64,000 nt of DNA from assembly GCA_965112155.1 (NCBI GenBank), contig OZ218098.1, one strand, 5' to 3'. Source of the DNA: Podarcis liolepis (Eukaryota). Positions within the stretch are counted from its first letter, which is position 1; each line of letters opens with the position of its first letter. The notes beneath the pieces were generated by a model. The model was not told the origin of the DNA. It made no database searches and saw only the letters and a list, made by a program, of their open reading frames with translations. This document shows positions 37,755 through 49,300 of the stretch, in pieces. A program made the position numbers and the translations under genes.

Positions 37755-38916
37755 TACTTTGTTGCTGAAGGACCCACAATAACTTGGAACCCATTCTGAC
37801 AGCGACTTTAAAGCCTTGGCTTCATTACCAACCTCTGGCAGAAAAAGTAACTACCGTAGCTAAGAAAGAAAGAACACATTTTGCATGTTTATTTTTGTGC
37901 TAGGGCTCTAATGCTCCTCTCTCTTAAAATAGATCTAGTTTAATCAAAAGAGTGGGATATGCTGGCCCTTGGGTATTTGGAGATTGCTTTCTTGCTTGGT
38001 TCATGTTTATCAAAGGAGCTGCAGGCTCAGTTATTTTAGCTAGGATTTAAAATATTGCAGGGCAAGGGCAGGACGTCACTGGGCTTGAGAGAAGTTCCAG
38101 CCACAGTTTGTTCTCCAAAGTCCAGAATAGTCTGAGTAAAATTCATGGTCGTGGCCGTGAATATCCCAGTCACATCAACAAAGTACTGGTTTAGATGACC
38201 GAAGAGTAGCTTGTGTGCTTTAACAGGCATACGTGTGTGAGCTCATAGTTGACTTGCAGCAAATAAATAAATAAATCTTATCCTTAAGATCATGTCATCA
38301 AATAATGTAATATTTTGTTTTCAGGGCTTAGAAATTGACAGGCCTTAGCAACAGCCTCACTCTTTGTGCACAGTGTGATACTGGGCAACCATGGAAAATT
38401 ATGTGTTAAATCATGTGTGTGAAGGTGTGAACAGAGGCAACATATCTATCATTTAAATGTGCAGAAGCTTTCCCCATGTAATCTCATACCATGCAAAAAG
38501 CCAGATAACATATCCTGCATGCAGAGCCTGAATGTGCAAAGTATGTACACTGAACGTGCAAAGTATGTGCATTGGTAAACTATGGAGATTGGAAGCGAGG
38601 GCTGCACAATAACATTCCCATCTCCACACATTACGGTAATTATCCGTGATATTTCTAACATTTAAATTGCACTGCTGATCAAAAGAAAATAAGGCTTTCC
38701 ATTTAACCTATAAAACATAGTTAAAAGAAAAAGAATTAGAAAAAGAGCAATCCAAGTAAAGTTTAGTAATAGTATGTCCTATTCAATTCAAAATGACGAA
38801 GTATGTGGCTAGTCCCACTACATTCAATGGGGCTTAAACCCAGGACTGCAAACCAAAGTATGTAATTTTGCGTGTATATTTTCCGGTGTTCATATCAGAC
38901 TGTGATTTTCCAATTA

Positions 38917-39126
38917 CAGTGGTACCTCGGGTTAATTCATTCTGGAGGTCTGTTCTTAAACTGAAACAGTTCTTAACCTGAAGCACCACTTTAGATAATG
39001 GTGCTGCTGCTGTGCCACTGCTGCACGATTTCGTTCTCATCCTGAAGCAAAGTTCTTAACCCACGGTAATATTTCTGGGTTAGCAGAGTCTGTAACCTGA
39101 AGCGTATGTAACCCGAGGTACCACTG
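38917..39126. mobile_element. Tc1/mariner-pogo (Tigger-like) MITE
   Basis: Perfect 18-bp TIRs cagtggtacctcgggtta / taacccgaggtaccactg, TA flanks. Confidence 0.95.
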
Positions 39127-39221
39127 TATAGTGACTGTTAATTGCATAAAACTCTGTTTGATTCTTCTGTAAGGAAATACTATAGCCTACAGAAGTTGAT
39201 GTGGACAGACATACTAAAAAC

Positions 39222-39361
39222 TGCCGTTTCCCAACCTGATGCTCTACAGATGTTTTGTACTACAGCTTCCATGATCTCCTATCACCATGACTGTGCTTGC
39301 TGGCACTGATGAGAGCTGGGGTCCAAACATCTGGAAGGCACTAGCTTGGGGAAGCCTACTG
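39222..39361. mobile_element. Palindromic hAT-type MITE copy
   Basis: ttcccaacctgatgctctacagatgtttt..aaacatctggaaggcactagcttggggaa (inverted arms). Confidence 0.75.
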
Positions 39362-39983
39362 TAGACATTTCAATATTTGCCTTGCCTATTATTTTTCAGA
39401 TAAATAGGTATTTATTTCCCATTTTAAAACTACTTGGTTTTTAAGTACTTGATCTTGTGGAGTTTCATTCCTTAAAGTTATTGTCCGTGTGATTTTCTCA
39501 TTCTCATCTTTGTAGAATATAAAATTCTAAAGCGCTACTACATCCAAAATATGCCACATTCAATGTGTCCAATTGCAATTATAAATAGCCTACATGCCCA
39601 GATGCAGCCTTTGATGCAACCCTTGCCTTTTATAAGAGCTGACCCAATTTGATTGGTTGCAAAATAAAAGAAAAAGCTACAATATCTGGGTGGAAAATTA
39701 TATTTATCTTTATGCCAAAGGAAAAAAGCCCAGCATTTCATATGTCTTATCACATTATGCCCCTTTAGTCAAATAGAGGCAAAACCTGGAAATGATATCA
39801 GGTTGCTAATATACAGTGCCATGAGAAATGTTATCTTTTCCTATGTTATAGCTGTCAGGCAGCTCAGTTTAAATTCTGAATAGCGACTTTTCTTCCATTT
39901 TCAAGCTTTAGCCACTCAGTTTCATTTTATGTATTGGAAAATCATTAAAATTTAGAACAACCATTATGTTGCTGCTGTTGTTC

Positions 39984-39986
<3 letters not shown>

Positions 39987-40016
<30 letters not shown>
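39987..40016. repeat. (CTG)n microsatellite
   Basis: About 10 CTG units; gives the poly-L of ORF 39966..40181. Confidence 0.9.
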
Positions 40017-40019
<3 letters not shown>

Positions 40020-40028
40020 TTACTACTA

Positions 40029-40281
40029 CAGTGGTGCCCCGCAAGACGAATGCCTCACAAGACGAAAAACTCGCTGAACGAAAGGGTTTTTCGGTTTTGC
40101 GCTGCTTCGCTAGATGAATTTCCCTATGGGCTTGCTTTGCAAGACGAAAACGTCTTGCGCTTTTTTCTTAAAGCCGCTTGAAGAGGCGCAGTTGCGACGG
40201 ACCGTTCTTCACAAGACGAAAAACATCGCAAGACGAAAAGACTTGCGGAACGAATTATTTTCATCTTGCGAGGCACCACTG
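40029..40281. mobile_element. Tc1/mariner-pogo (Tigger-like) MITE, CpG-rich (young)
   Basis: TIRs cagtggtgccccgcaagacgaa / ttcatcttgcgaggcaccactg, TA flanks (40027-28, 40282-83), multiple internal caagacgaa repeats. Confidence 0.93.
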
Positions 40282-40372
40282 TATTAACTTTTCTTTCATG
40301 ATTTTGGTGCAAATCACCCTATGATGTTTTTTGCTGAAAGGTAGAATAGAAATCTGTCAATAAATAAATACA

Positions 40373-40413
40373 TTAATTAATTAATTAATTAATTAATTAA
40401 TTAATTAATTAAT
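40373..40413. repeat. (TTAA)n palindromic microsatellite
   Basis: About 10 TTAA units following a LINE-like tail. Confidence 0.93.
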
Positions 40414-42723
40414 AATGCAAAAATTGCAGGCTGGCCAAAACAAATGGCAAGCAAAGTTGAATCATTCATATAAGCATTTTATCAATTTGTTTGTTTGAAC
40501 CCACAATGCTTAGCTAGTGAGAGTAGCTCTCTTTGTTGATTACCATACACAGAACAGCCAATGGCAACTATAATTTTTTCACTTCTGTGCCTGAGCTTTT
40601 GCTTTTGGTTGAAACACCAGCAACATGGAGCTCATTGGCAACAGCAGTTTCATACAGATGTCAATGCACATGGGGAAACAAGATAGAACCTATGGCACCC
40701 TGTAACCTAAAGGCCAACAGGGCCAAACAGCATTCCTTTAGCACCACCTTCTGGGACCACTACCCTGCCTGCCCCCCAAAAGCACCAGGGCCAGAGCAAA
40801 TCAGGACTCCCAGTTTTTTATTTACTGCCCTTCCTCTGTAAGGAGCCCAAGTTCCCACCTAGTGAGCCATGATAGAAAGATACCGTGACCGATAGTAATG
40901 AATCCTGCAGATAAATCCAAGAGAATCTACAATGTCACACTTCCCATTTCTGTCCTCCAACAAAGGACATGCACCAGGGCAGTCAAGACAGTTCCCATTC
41001 AAAAATCAGGGCACAAAACATACTGGAATAGATCTAACAATAGCAGATCTTGCCTTGATAACATCTCACTTTAAATTAAACTATGCTCTGAAGTGAATGT
41101 GCAGGATTCTGGTGCATACTGCACAAAAATCCCCACAGTCCTCCTCCCTTGTTCCTTCCTTCAGCGCACCGGGGAGAAAACAGGTCAGAGGCTGGATTGC
41201 TCTCATACGTGAACCAGCAATGGCTGTTTGTTTCTCTGCTGAAAAACCACAGTGACAAACCATTGTTCTTAGCTTACCGTTGTAGTTTGTAAGGAGAGAA
41301 ACAAACCACAAGTACTGGTTTGAATATAACAGGCCACTTGTTTGTTTGTTTTCTCCACGTGGAAATGGAAGGAGCAGGTTTGAAGTAATTCATTTCTTTT
41401 GAGTAGTGTACACCAGCATGCTACACGTTCTTGCAAAAACAATAGTTAATTTTTAACAATGCTTCAGCATTATGTGTGGACTGAGGCTTTAAGTTGAATA
41501 CCAATGCATATTATGTGCACTTCTCCCCCCTTTTTTAATGTTCCTCCTGGCACCAGTTATATTTAGCTATCTGCAATTTTGCTTGAAGTTGCATGCCTGT
41601 CAAAGGGATTGAGCCCTCACAAAAATCTCAGATGATGCAAAGGGAAACCTGTTCCCAGTCTCTAAACCATTGAAGTCTTGTCATTTTGGTAGAGCTGAAG
41701 ATGAAACACAACTCCATGAAGTTCTGTACAAGCTTCTCCCATGCTGTGTTAGTTATTTTTGTACCTTTAATAAAATAATAATAATTGGGGGGCAGGGAAG
41801 TGTATCCTCTGCATCCAGATGTCTCAGCTCCACATTCATACTTTGTATTTGCACAGTTCCTTCTATCATTTGTTTTCTACTATCGCACTAAGAGCAAAGT
41901 AGCCCCCACAGCCTTACAGAAATGAGCATAATTCACCCCACAGAGCAGGGTGGGGTAGGGAGGCTGAATGAAATATTAAAAAGTCAAGCAGTATAGTTTG
42001 ACTTTCCCGCTTTAATTTCCTATCTCTCTTTCAAGCTAGAGTGAGATTACAGAATAAAACAACTAAAATTAATGGATTTAGTGGGTCCACTCTGAGTATG
42101 ATTTACTTGGTTATTATCACCCATTGAGCTATTCTTTTAAATAATATCCTTGCTTGGATTTGCTCCATTAGTGCTAAAGCTGGCTTCTCATGACTGCTTT
42201 CTATCCAGTTTTATAAACACAATTCCTTGAAGTATTTATGGTAATTAACTTTAACCTGAATGCAGCTGTGCAGGCTCTGAAATATCTCTACCTTGGGATA
42301 ATCGTGACACTGTTTTTAAATAGATGTGATAGCTTTTTAATACCTGGATCTCTTCTCTTAATTAGGCTCAAAAGCCACTTACAGCTTCTGTTTGATAAAT
42401 TAAGACTTCAGAATTAATAATTAAAATATAGGTTCTAAGTACTGGCTGATTTTTTTTATAAAGGTAAGCATTTTAATGGAGACTGTGTCATGGAACAGAT
42501 TGCAGGGCATCTAAAGAGTGATCATACAGGAAATGATTGAGAAACCAAACACTGGAATGAGATGGGCTAGTACTATTGAAAGTTTCCATTGAAATGCAAA
42601 TTATGCTGCTGATGTCACTGGGAAGAACCCATTACATGCCAGCTAGATCTATGACAGACTTACCAGCTCTATGGATTTTGGTTGGAAACAGTTCACTAAG
42701 GCGTGTTTCTCTCCTGATAAAAG

Positions 42724-43069
42724 CAGGCATACCTCATTTTATTGCACTTCACTTTCTTGCATTTGTAGATATTGCTCCTTATGAGGACATGGGTGTAGCT
42801 GCAGGAGCCTAGCCTCTTCCAGGGGAAGGTAGCCCCCTGTCACTACCACCCCTCTTCTGGCCATGGGAGTAGAGCTGGCTAGGGCTGGAGCTGGGTTTTT
42901 CCCATCTTGCCCCTGCAGCTGTATGGACTGGCTTAATAGTCTACAGTTTAGTGTAAACATAACTTTTATATGCATTGGGAAATAAAAACAAAAAAGTGTG
43001 GCTTGCTTTATTGTGGTATTCACTTTATTGTGGTGGTCTGGAAGTGAGGTGGTCTCCGAGGTATTCCTG
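42724..43069 (+). mobile_element. Tigger1-like (pogo) internally deleted copy with a nested insertion
   Basis: TIRs caggcatacctc / gaggtattcctg; 5' cctcattttattgcacttcacttt and 3' tacagtttagtgtaaacataacttttatatgcattgggaaa..gctttattgtggtattcactttattgtggtggtctggaa resemble recalled Tigger1 ends; unrelated GC-rich segment at about 42780-42925. Confidence 0.8.
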
Positions 43070-43710
43070 CGCTGAATTTGTGCTGCTATAAGCCAATATT
43101 CATGCAACTTACAAAAATGTTGTAAATGTTAGTAATAGGATATTGTATGAGAAACGCTTTGGACACTCTGATATATGCCAAGTATAACTGTAATTAAATA
43201 CAATACAAAACACAATGGCAGTTAATGGACTATAGCTTGTGAGTCAAAGGTCCTCCACAGATAGATCAGTTTAATTGTCCTAGTACAGTTAGTCCTATAT
43301 CTACAAGACAGGTAAGGAAGGTCCATAAAACTAGATCAGCACAATACAAGAGAGACAGTAATGTATTGACTTCAGTACAGGCTTACAGAGTTCCTGGCTT
43401 ACAGAAGACATATTGACAATGTTTAAGGGGAAAAAATCAAAGAAAGCGAAAAGGTGCTTGTGCATTTGTTGCTCCACTGGGAGATATTGAACCTTCTTTT
43501 CAATATTACTTAAAGCACCTGAGTGTTAAATAAGCTCATTGACACATGGTACTTTTAATAGAACCGGCCCTTTGCACTAAGGCACAGCAAAATTCAACAC
43601 ACACTGTATCATCAGCTACCCTTTAAGCATAATATGTTATGCTCTACTGCGACATTGCTAGGAGCTGGGATTACAGGGAACATCATTATGAGGCTATAAC
43701 TCACCTTAAA

Positions 43711-43800
43711 ACAGCCTTTCACAACCTGGTGCCCTCCAAATCATTTGGGCTACAATTCCCATTAGCCATAGTCAGCACAGCTGATGGGAGTTTTCATCCA
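43711..43800. mobile_element. Palindromic hAT-type MITE copy (partial)
   Basis: cagcctttcacaacctggtgccctccaaatcatttgggctacaattcccatt..gctgatgggagtt. Confidence 0.7.
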
Positions 43801-44343
43801 AGACTGTAAACATTTTGTGGGAGGGATTCAAGTGTATACTACAACTTAGGCTGGCATTGAAGTGCTATTTTGCCCCAGAATACTTCCACTTTAGGAAAGA
43901 AAGAAAAAACCCTCAGTCATTTTGCAGATTGGAAAGTGATGGCGAAATTCATTGAAAAAGTACCGGGTGGATGATTAAGAGGAAAAACATGTAAACACCC
44001 TGCACGGACATAAAGATGAATGCAGGATGAATGCTCACTGTCATATAACCACCCCATAAACAAATCAAACGCATGGCCAAGACAGACCTGGCATAATGTA
44101 ACCACTTTTTAAGCTTTGTGCAAGCAAATCAGGATGAATCATGAATAGATAGGTCATCTGAAGGAGTCCCTAGAGAGCACAAGACTGAAGAAGGCTCCCT
44201 TAAAATTCATGTCATGTTACCATATGCTTTGTCAGGACTGTGCCAGAGGAATATAAGAATATAGCTGAATTGTCACAATGTTTTCCTGTGAATGATTCCG
44301 CTAGTGCCAGAAACTAGGGCCTGTATCTAACACTCCCATTACA

Positions 44344-44442
44344 AAATAAAAAAAATCCTTCCAGTAGCACCTTAAAGACCAACTAAGTTAGTTCTAGGTA
44401 TGAGCTTTCGTGTGCATGCACACTTCTTCAGATACATCTGTA
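44344..44442 (-). mobile_element. Solo Penelope pLTR fragment (99 bp) with 12-bp TSD
   Basis: Near-identical to 37182-37281; flanked by actcccattaca at 44332-44343 and 44443-44454. Confidence 0.93.
44398..44435 (-). ncRNA. Minimal type I hammerhead ribozyme motif
   Basis: Identical to 37243-37280: gtatCTGAAGAagtgtgcatgcacacGAAAgcTC^atac on the minus strand. Confidence 0.85.
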
Positions 44443-46192
44443 ACTCCCATTACACTTATGCAAGAGACTTGTGACAGTTCCCTGCAGGCTCCACCCACGT
44501 GCACCCTCAAAATCATCTCCAGAGGGCATTGAGGGACCCTCTAGCGGAGATTTTGGATGTGCACAGACGGAAGAGTTCTGCTGCACCAGTGTGACTCTGC
44601 TAGTGCTGCTTTCTGTACAACTCTTGGGTATGTATAGTTTCTGGTTAGACATGGTTTATTTCCTGCCACTTAGGATGACACCTGCCTTTTACAGCAGTTA
44701 AAACAAAAACCTTCAACTATGATCCTAACAATCTTCTTTCTCCAACCCCCTGTACCTTCACAGCCCCCACTGCAGCAGTACACTACAAGAGAAGATATCC
44801 ATAAATCAGTCAGAGTTGTGGAACTAGAGCCATGCTCACTGTCTGCCAGTAGAGAAACATGACTATTATGGCCAGAATCACTTTGTAGCAATTAGAACCT
44901 TCCTCTCCAAGGCCTACTTGACTTGATAAATGGTTTCTTTTGCAATACTAGATTGTGAAAGTTATCTTAGAAAAAGCCAAATTGAAGTAACGGCGGCGGC
45001 AGGCGGGGTGAGGGATTCCTAGGCACAAAGCTCTCAGCAGCAGAAGCCTTGTCAGCATTTCAGCTACTCAGTTTAACAAGGATTTCCATTTTCTCTCATC
45101 TGTTTTCCTTCACCTCAGTCTCCTTTGCAGCTTCCTTTGCTCTTGCTTACTCTTATATAACTTTACAAAAATACTACTAAAATGGAAGCAATAAGATTTA
45201 TAACTTCTCAGAAATGGGTTTTTTTCACATCAACCATCTGCATATGCAATAATTGGAGAAGTGAGCTGGTGATGTGGCAGAAGCTTGTCCTTTTAGGAAG
45301 ATGTTTGACCTATTTTGAATCCAGTGCAAATACAAGCAAACATACCACATTTTTCTCAAACCAACCTCATTCAGTTGTAATTGCTGGAGTACACTATTTA
45401 AGTTGCCATCAGTATTAACACCCCAACTAAACGTTGATATTTTGATCTCATGGCTTTTTTTACAACATATCAGAATTAAAATTAGGGGTTTCATAATGCA
45501 ATACTGCACTAAAATAATTGAATATCAAAACTTGAATGCTTGAGAACTGAATATCAAAACTGCTCTGCCCCATCTTTCCTCAAAATGACAGCCGCAATCA
45601 TTAGTGCTAGTGCCCTTGCACTGTAGCGGTTTTACATACTAGATGTTTTATTTGCTCTGTAATATATATAATGAGCATTTCATTTGGATTATAAAAAAAA
45701 AATGACAAATGAATAACGGCTTATCGATTAGGCCTCCACAGCAGAAGTCTGTAATCATTCTGCTTTCCAAGCTTTCAGGCCTACAGAACAGGAGGTTAAA
45801 AATGGTTTAATTAGAATGTGGGAAAGTATCCCCTTCAATCAACATCTGGTAACAATGAAGATAAAGGGTCTAGAGCAGAAATGTCTAATGGCTTGCTATT
45901 GGAAATGTTAAGTGATGAATGATTCCAGCAGTTGTTTCTCAATCACTCCCTCAAGGTTAATATTAAGCAATTTTGTTTGGTTTCAAACCCTTATTGAAAC
46001 CATCTACAAGGCAATGACTTTAAAAACAACAGCAGCATTTCATTTGAAAGGGAATAAGGGAAAACATTTATCAATGGCTCTTTTTGAACATAACATTAAA
46101 TCAAGTTTAGCTTTCTATTTAGAACCTGCACTGGCCCCAGGTTCAAATGCTGCCCCTACCCACTTTTAAGGCTGCAATACTATGGCCCCTGG

Positions 46193-46322
46193 GAGTTGGA
46201 AGGGACCCTGGGGAACATCTAGTTCAACCCCATGCAATGCAGGAATAATATGCAGCTGTCCATATGGGGACTGAGCCTGCAACCTTGACGTTATTGGCAC
46301 CACACTCTAACCAACTGAGTTA
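46193..46322 (-). mobile_element. tRNA-head SINE with CR1-derived tail (Squam2-like)
   Basis: Minus: taactcagttggttagagtgtggtgccaataacgtcaaggttgcaggctcagtcccc (tRNA-like) followed by ttcctgcattgcatggggttgaactagatg..gggtcccttccaactc. Confidence 0.85.
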
Positions 46323-49300
46323 GCATAGATTGGATCTCCCTCTCCAACATCTGAAAAGGAGATCAGATTTCACATCCACTCCCTGCCATTGCAAAGCATT
46401 CCAATGCTTTGTATCAACATAAGTTGGAGCTCCAAAGGCAGTAGGGCCAAAAGAATATAATATTAAGTATATGCCGGGAAGGGACCATAAGCAGTCGAGA
46501 TCGAAAGGACTAAAAGCCATCCTGATTGGCAGTCCTGCCTTCAAAGCAGGAAATAATTCAGAAACATTCAGAAGCATGTTCACTTTCCCTACCATAGTTT
46601 TCAAGAGGAAGAATATATGCACAGAAATGTATGGCAAAGACTTTCCGGCCTCATTTCTCCCCTGTTGGCTCAAGCCTGGCAGGGTGTAGAATAAAGCAGT
46701 TGAAGCTCCTTCAGACCTCCCTATCCTTGGGTACTTTAGGATTGCTGTCCAAATGAATCAGATTTCCCCATTATTTCCAAACACAACAAACTCTAACTAA
46801 TTTGAACTAGGATCAAATCATAGATCATGATCCTGGCTTGTTTCACTGATCAGTGTCCTGATTTTGGATGTAGTGGGTAGCTGGTAAATTATCTCTTCAT
46901 CACAATCATGCCAGAGGAGAGGGAAGGGCGAGCACGCAAGCCCAACACCTGTACATGTAATGTTAAAATACAATTCTCATTATGCATGAACTGAAGCAGT
47001 GGCTAACAATATTTGTGTAAAAAAAAATAATGAAAATGGTTTTGTCATACATTACTAAAGTATCCCAGTATGGGATATCTATCCACTATTTGGGACCAAT
47101 TTGATGGTGTATGGAATGAACAGCACATGCCAAAAAGGACATTCAGGTTAAAATCACCTCACATTTTCTGACTCTCCTAATCAAGTCGCTCCAGTGTCTT
47201 TAAAAGGCTAGATGTACTGGACTGTCCCCAGAAAGAAGAGCAGGAATTGCAGGGAGCAGTAAAGAGATGTGTGAAAAAGAGACCACTTCCCAAGTGCCCC
47301 TATATAGCCCTGCTTCCCCAATCTCTATATTTATTTATAAGCTTCTATTTCACATGTATCTATCTTTCTATCTCTTCCTTCTTCCCTAGTGTAACAAACA
47401 GAGGGACTGAAAAGTGGGTAGACATATTAGCGAGCCAGTTCGTGAGGGGGGACTTCCTTTTCCCAACTAAAGTGGCTGGCTGATAAAACTAGATTAGTTG
47501 CCAACCAAGGCCTTGTACTAAAGTTTCAATATTTCCCACCACCACTGCTGATCTGTTGTGAATATAAACACATGGAAAACCTTAAAATCAAGTCAGGTTT
47601 TAGTATTATCCCATCCAAACTCATACTGGGGAAGTTCATTGCATCCCAGAATCAGTTGGGTGGTTTCATTTTACTTTACTACAAAGAGCCATTTTTCATT
47701 ATTCCATCTTTCCAGAAATGACCTCAGCTGTATGGTAATAGATTGCATGACTTGTAAAACATGAATTCACATTGTACATGATTATATTTCTCTTGTGACC
47801 ATATTCTAGTCTAATTCAGGACTATTACAAGATGTTTGGCTGCAGAAGTGCAGCATGTTGTACAAATGTGTTAAAACTGGAGATCAATTGAACAAAAGTA
47901 ACAGGCGCCCTCGAACCAAGAGCATAATGCTTTATATGGGAAGTCGATGATCTGAACCTTCAGTCCCTCATGTATTCCTACAAGATATTGAAAAGCACCG
48001 TTCAGCAGGAAAGTGTCAGAGAGTAGAGCTTTCAATAGTCATTGCATGACTGCACTTTTCATGACGAGAAACAGACAAGAACAAGTAGCACAATTTCAGG
48101 CTCGCTGATAGGGTAGGGAATGGAGGCAGGATTCTTGTTATACTTCTACAGCCTGGTATCTCAGTCTAAGCGACACCTTGTTCCCATCCTTCACTCTGCA
48201 GACTCCTTGTCAGGTTTTAAAGCAGAGGACAGCAAGGGGATAATGTCGGGAACCTTTGCCGACTCAGCTAGTGTGAGAAAATTCATCTCAGCTGAAGTTG
48301 AGTCAATAACCCTACTAAACAGGGGCCAACATCATATATGGGATCAACACATGAACAGCTGAGTAGCCAATATTGAGAATTACCTTCTCCAAATCTTTCC
48401 AAATCAGCATGCCATATTTTCATTCCCCCCCCCCAGATATTATAAAATAGAATGTTATCAAATCAAATATTGCAATTATGTATACCAAATTCACTACATT
48501 TGTATAAATAATGTTTCTTAATGTGCAGCAATTGCTCGATATATTTGCCTATCAACTTAGTATTGTGAAGGAATGTAGGGGAATTCTGCTCAATGACCTG
48601 AACAAGTAGGGAAAAGAAATTCCAGATTTTCCTAATCACCAAAGTCCTAGGAAAATTGAGCATCCCATAACTTCATTTTATCAATTATCCGTTATTCCTG
48701 CCTTGGATGGAGGGAAGCATAGAAGCAGACTGTCTTTTCTTTCTTTGTAGCTACATTATAGCCTAGTATGTCAAAATGAAATTGCCTTCCTCCCACATCA
48801 TGTGCAAGCTGCAATTCACAAGTACTTCTAATAGGAGTATATCTTGTACAAGGTTTTCAAAGCAACGTTTGTTTAGCCTTGTAGCTTTGTGAATGAACTC
48901 TCACAAGCCAAAGATGCTTTCATACATGTCTTGTAATCATTATGTGATCCTGTAAATATTATGTGCAATTATGTGGTCAATATATGTGGTCCAATATGTG
49001 CCTCGTACTAAATGGGATATGTCTACAAGATACAGGGCAGGATTTACCTAACAACTCCCAACAGTGGAAGCCTTGCACAAGGGCTTTCATTTGTGCAAAT
49101 GAGTTTTTCGCCTCGAACTGCTGTGGTGCTCCCCTGTGATGCTCCCCCAATGGCTCTGAGGTGTATTGGGAGAACCCCAGTGTACAGGCAGTGGAGAATG
49201 GGGAATAATTTTGTCTGGCAAGCTGCAATGCTTACATTGATGAGACATATACCATAGTACTACCCAAAGTCATCATCATTGCACTGAATTACATTGAAGT

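Noticed and set aside
39966-40181. Signal-peptide-like poly-Leu ORF
   Set aside because: Made from a (CTG)n repeat running into a MITE
40335-40350. Plus-strand donor AAG|gtaaga
   Set aside because: Lies in a decayed LINE 3' tail
46265-46322. tRNA gene
   Set aside because: Degenerate tRNA-like head fused to a CR1 tail, i.e. a SINE; the same applies to 14630-14698
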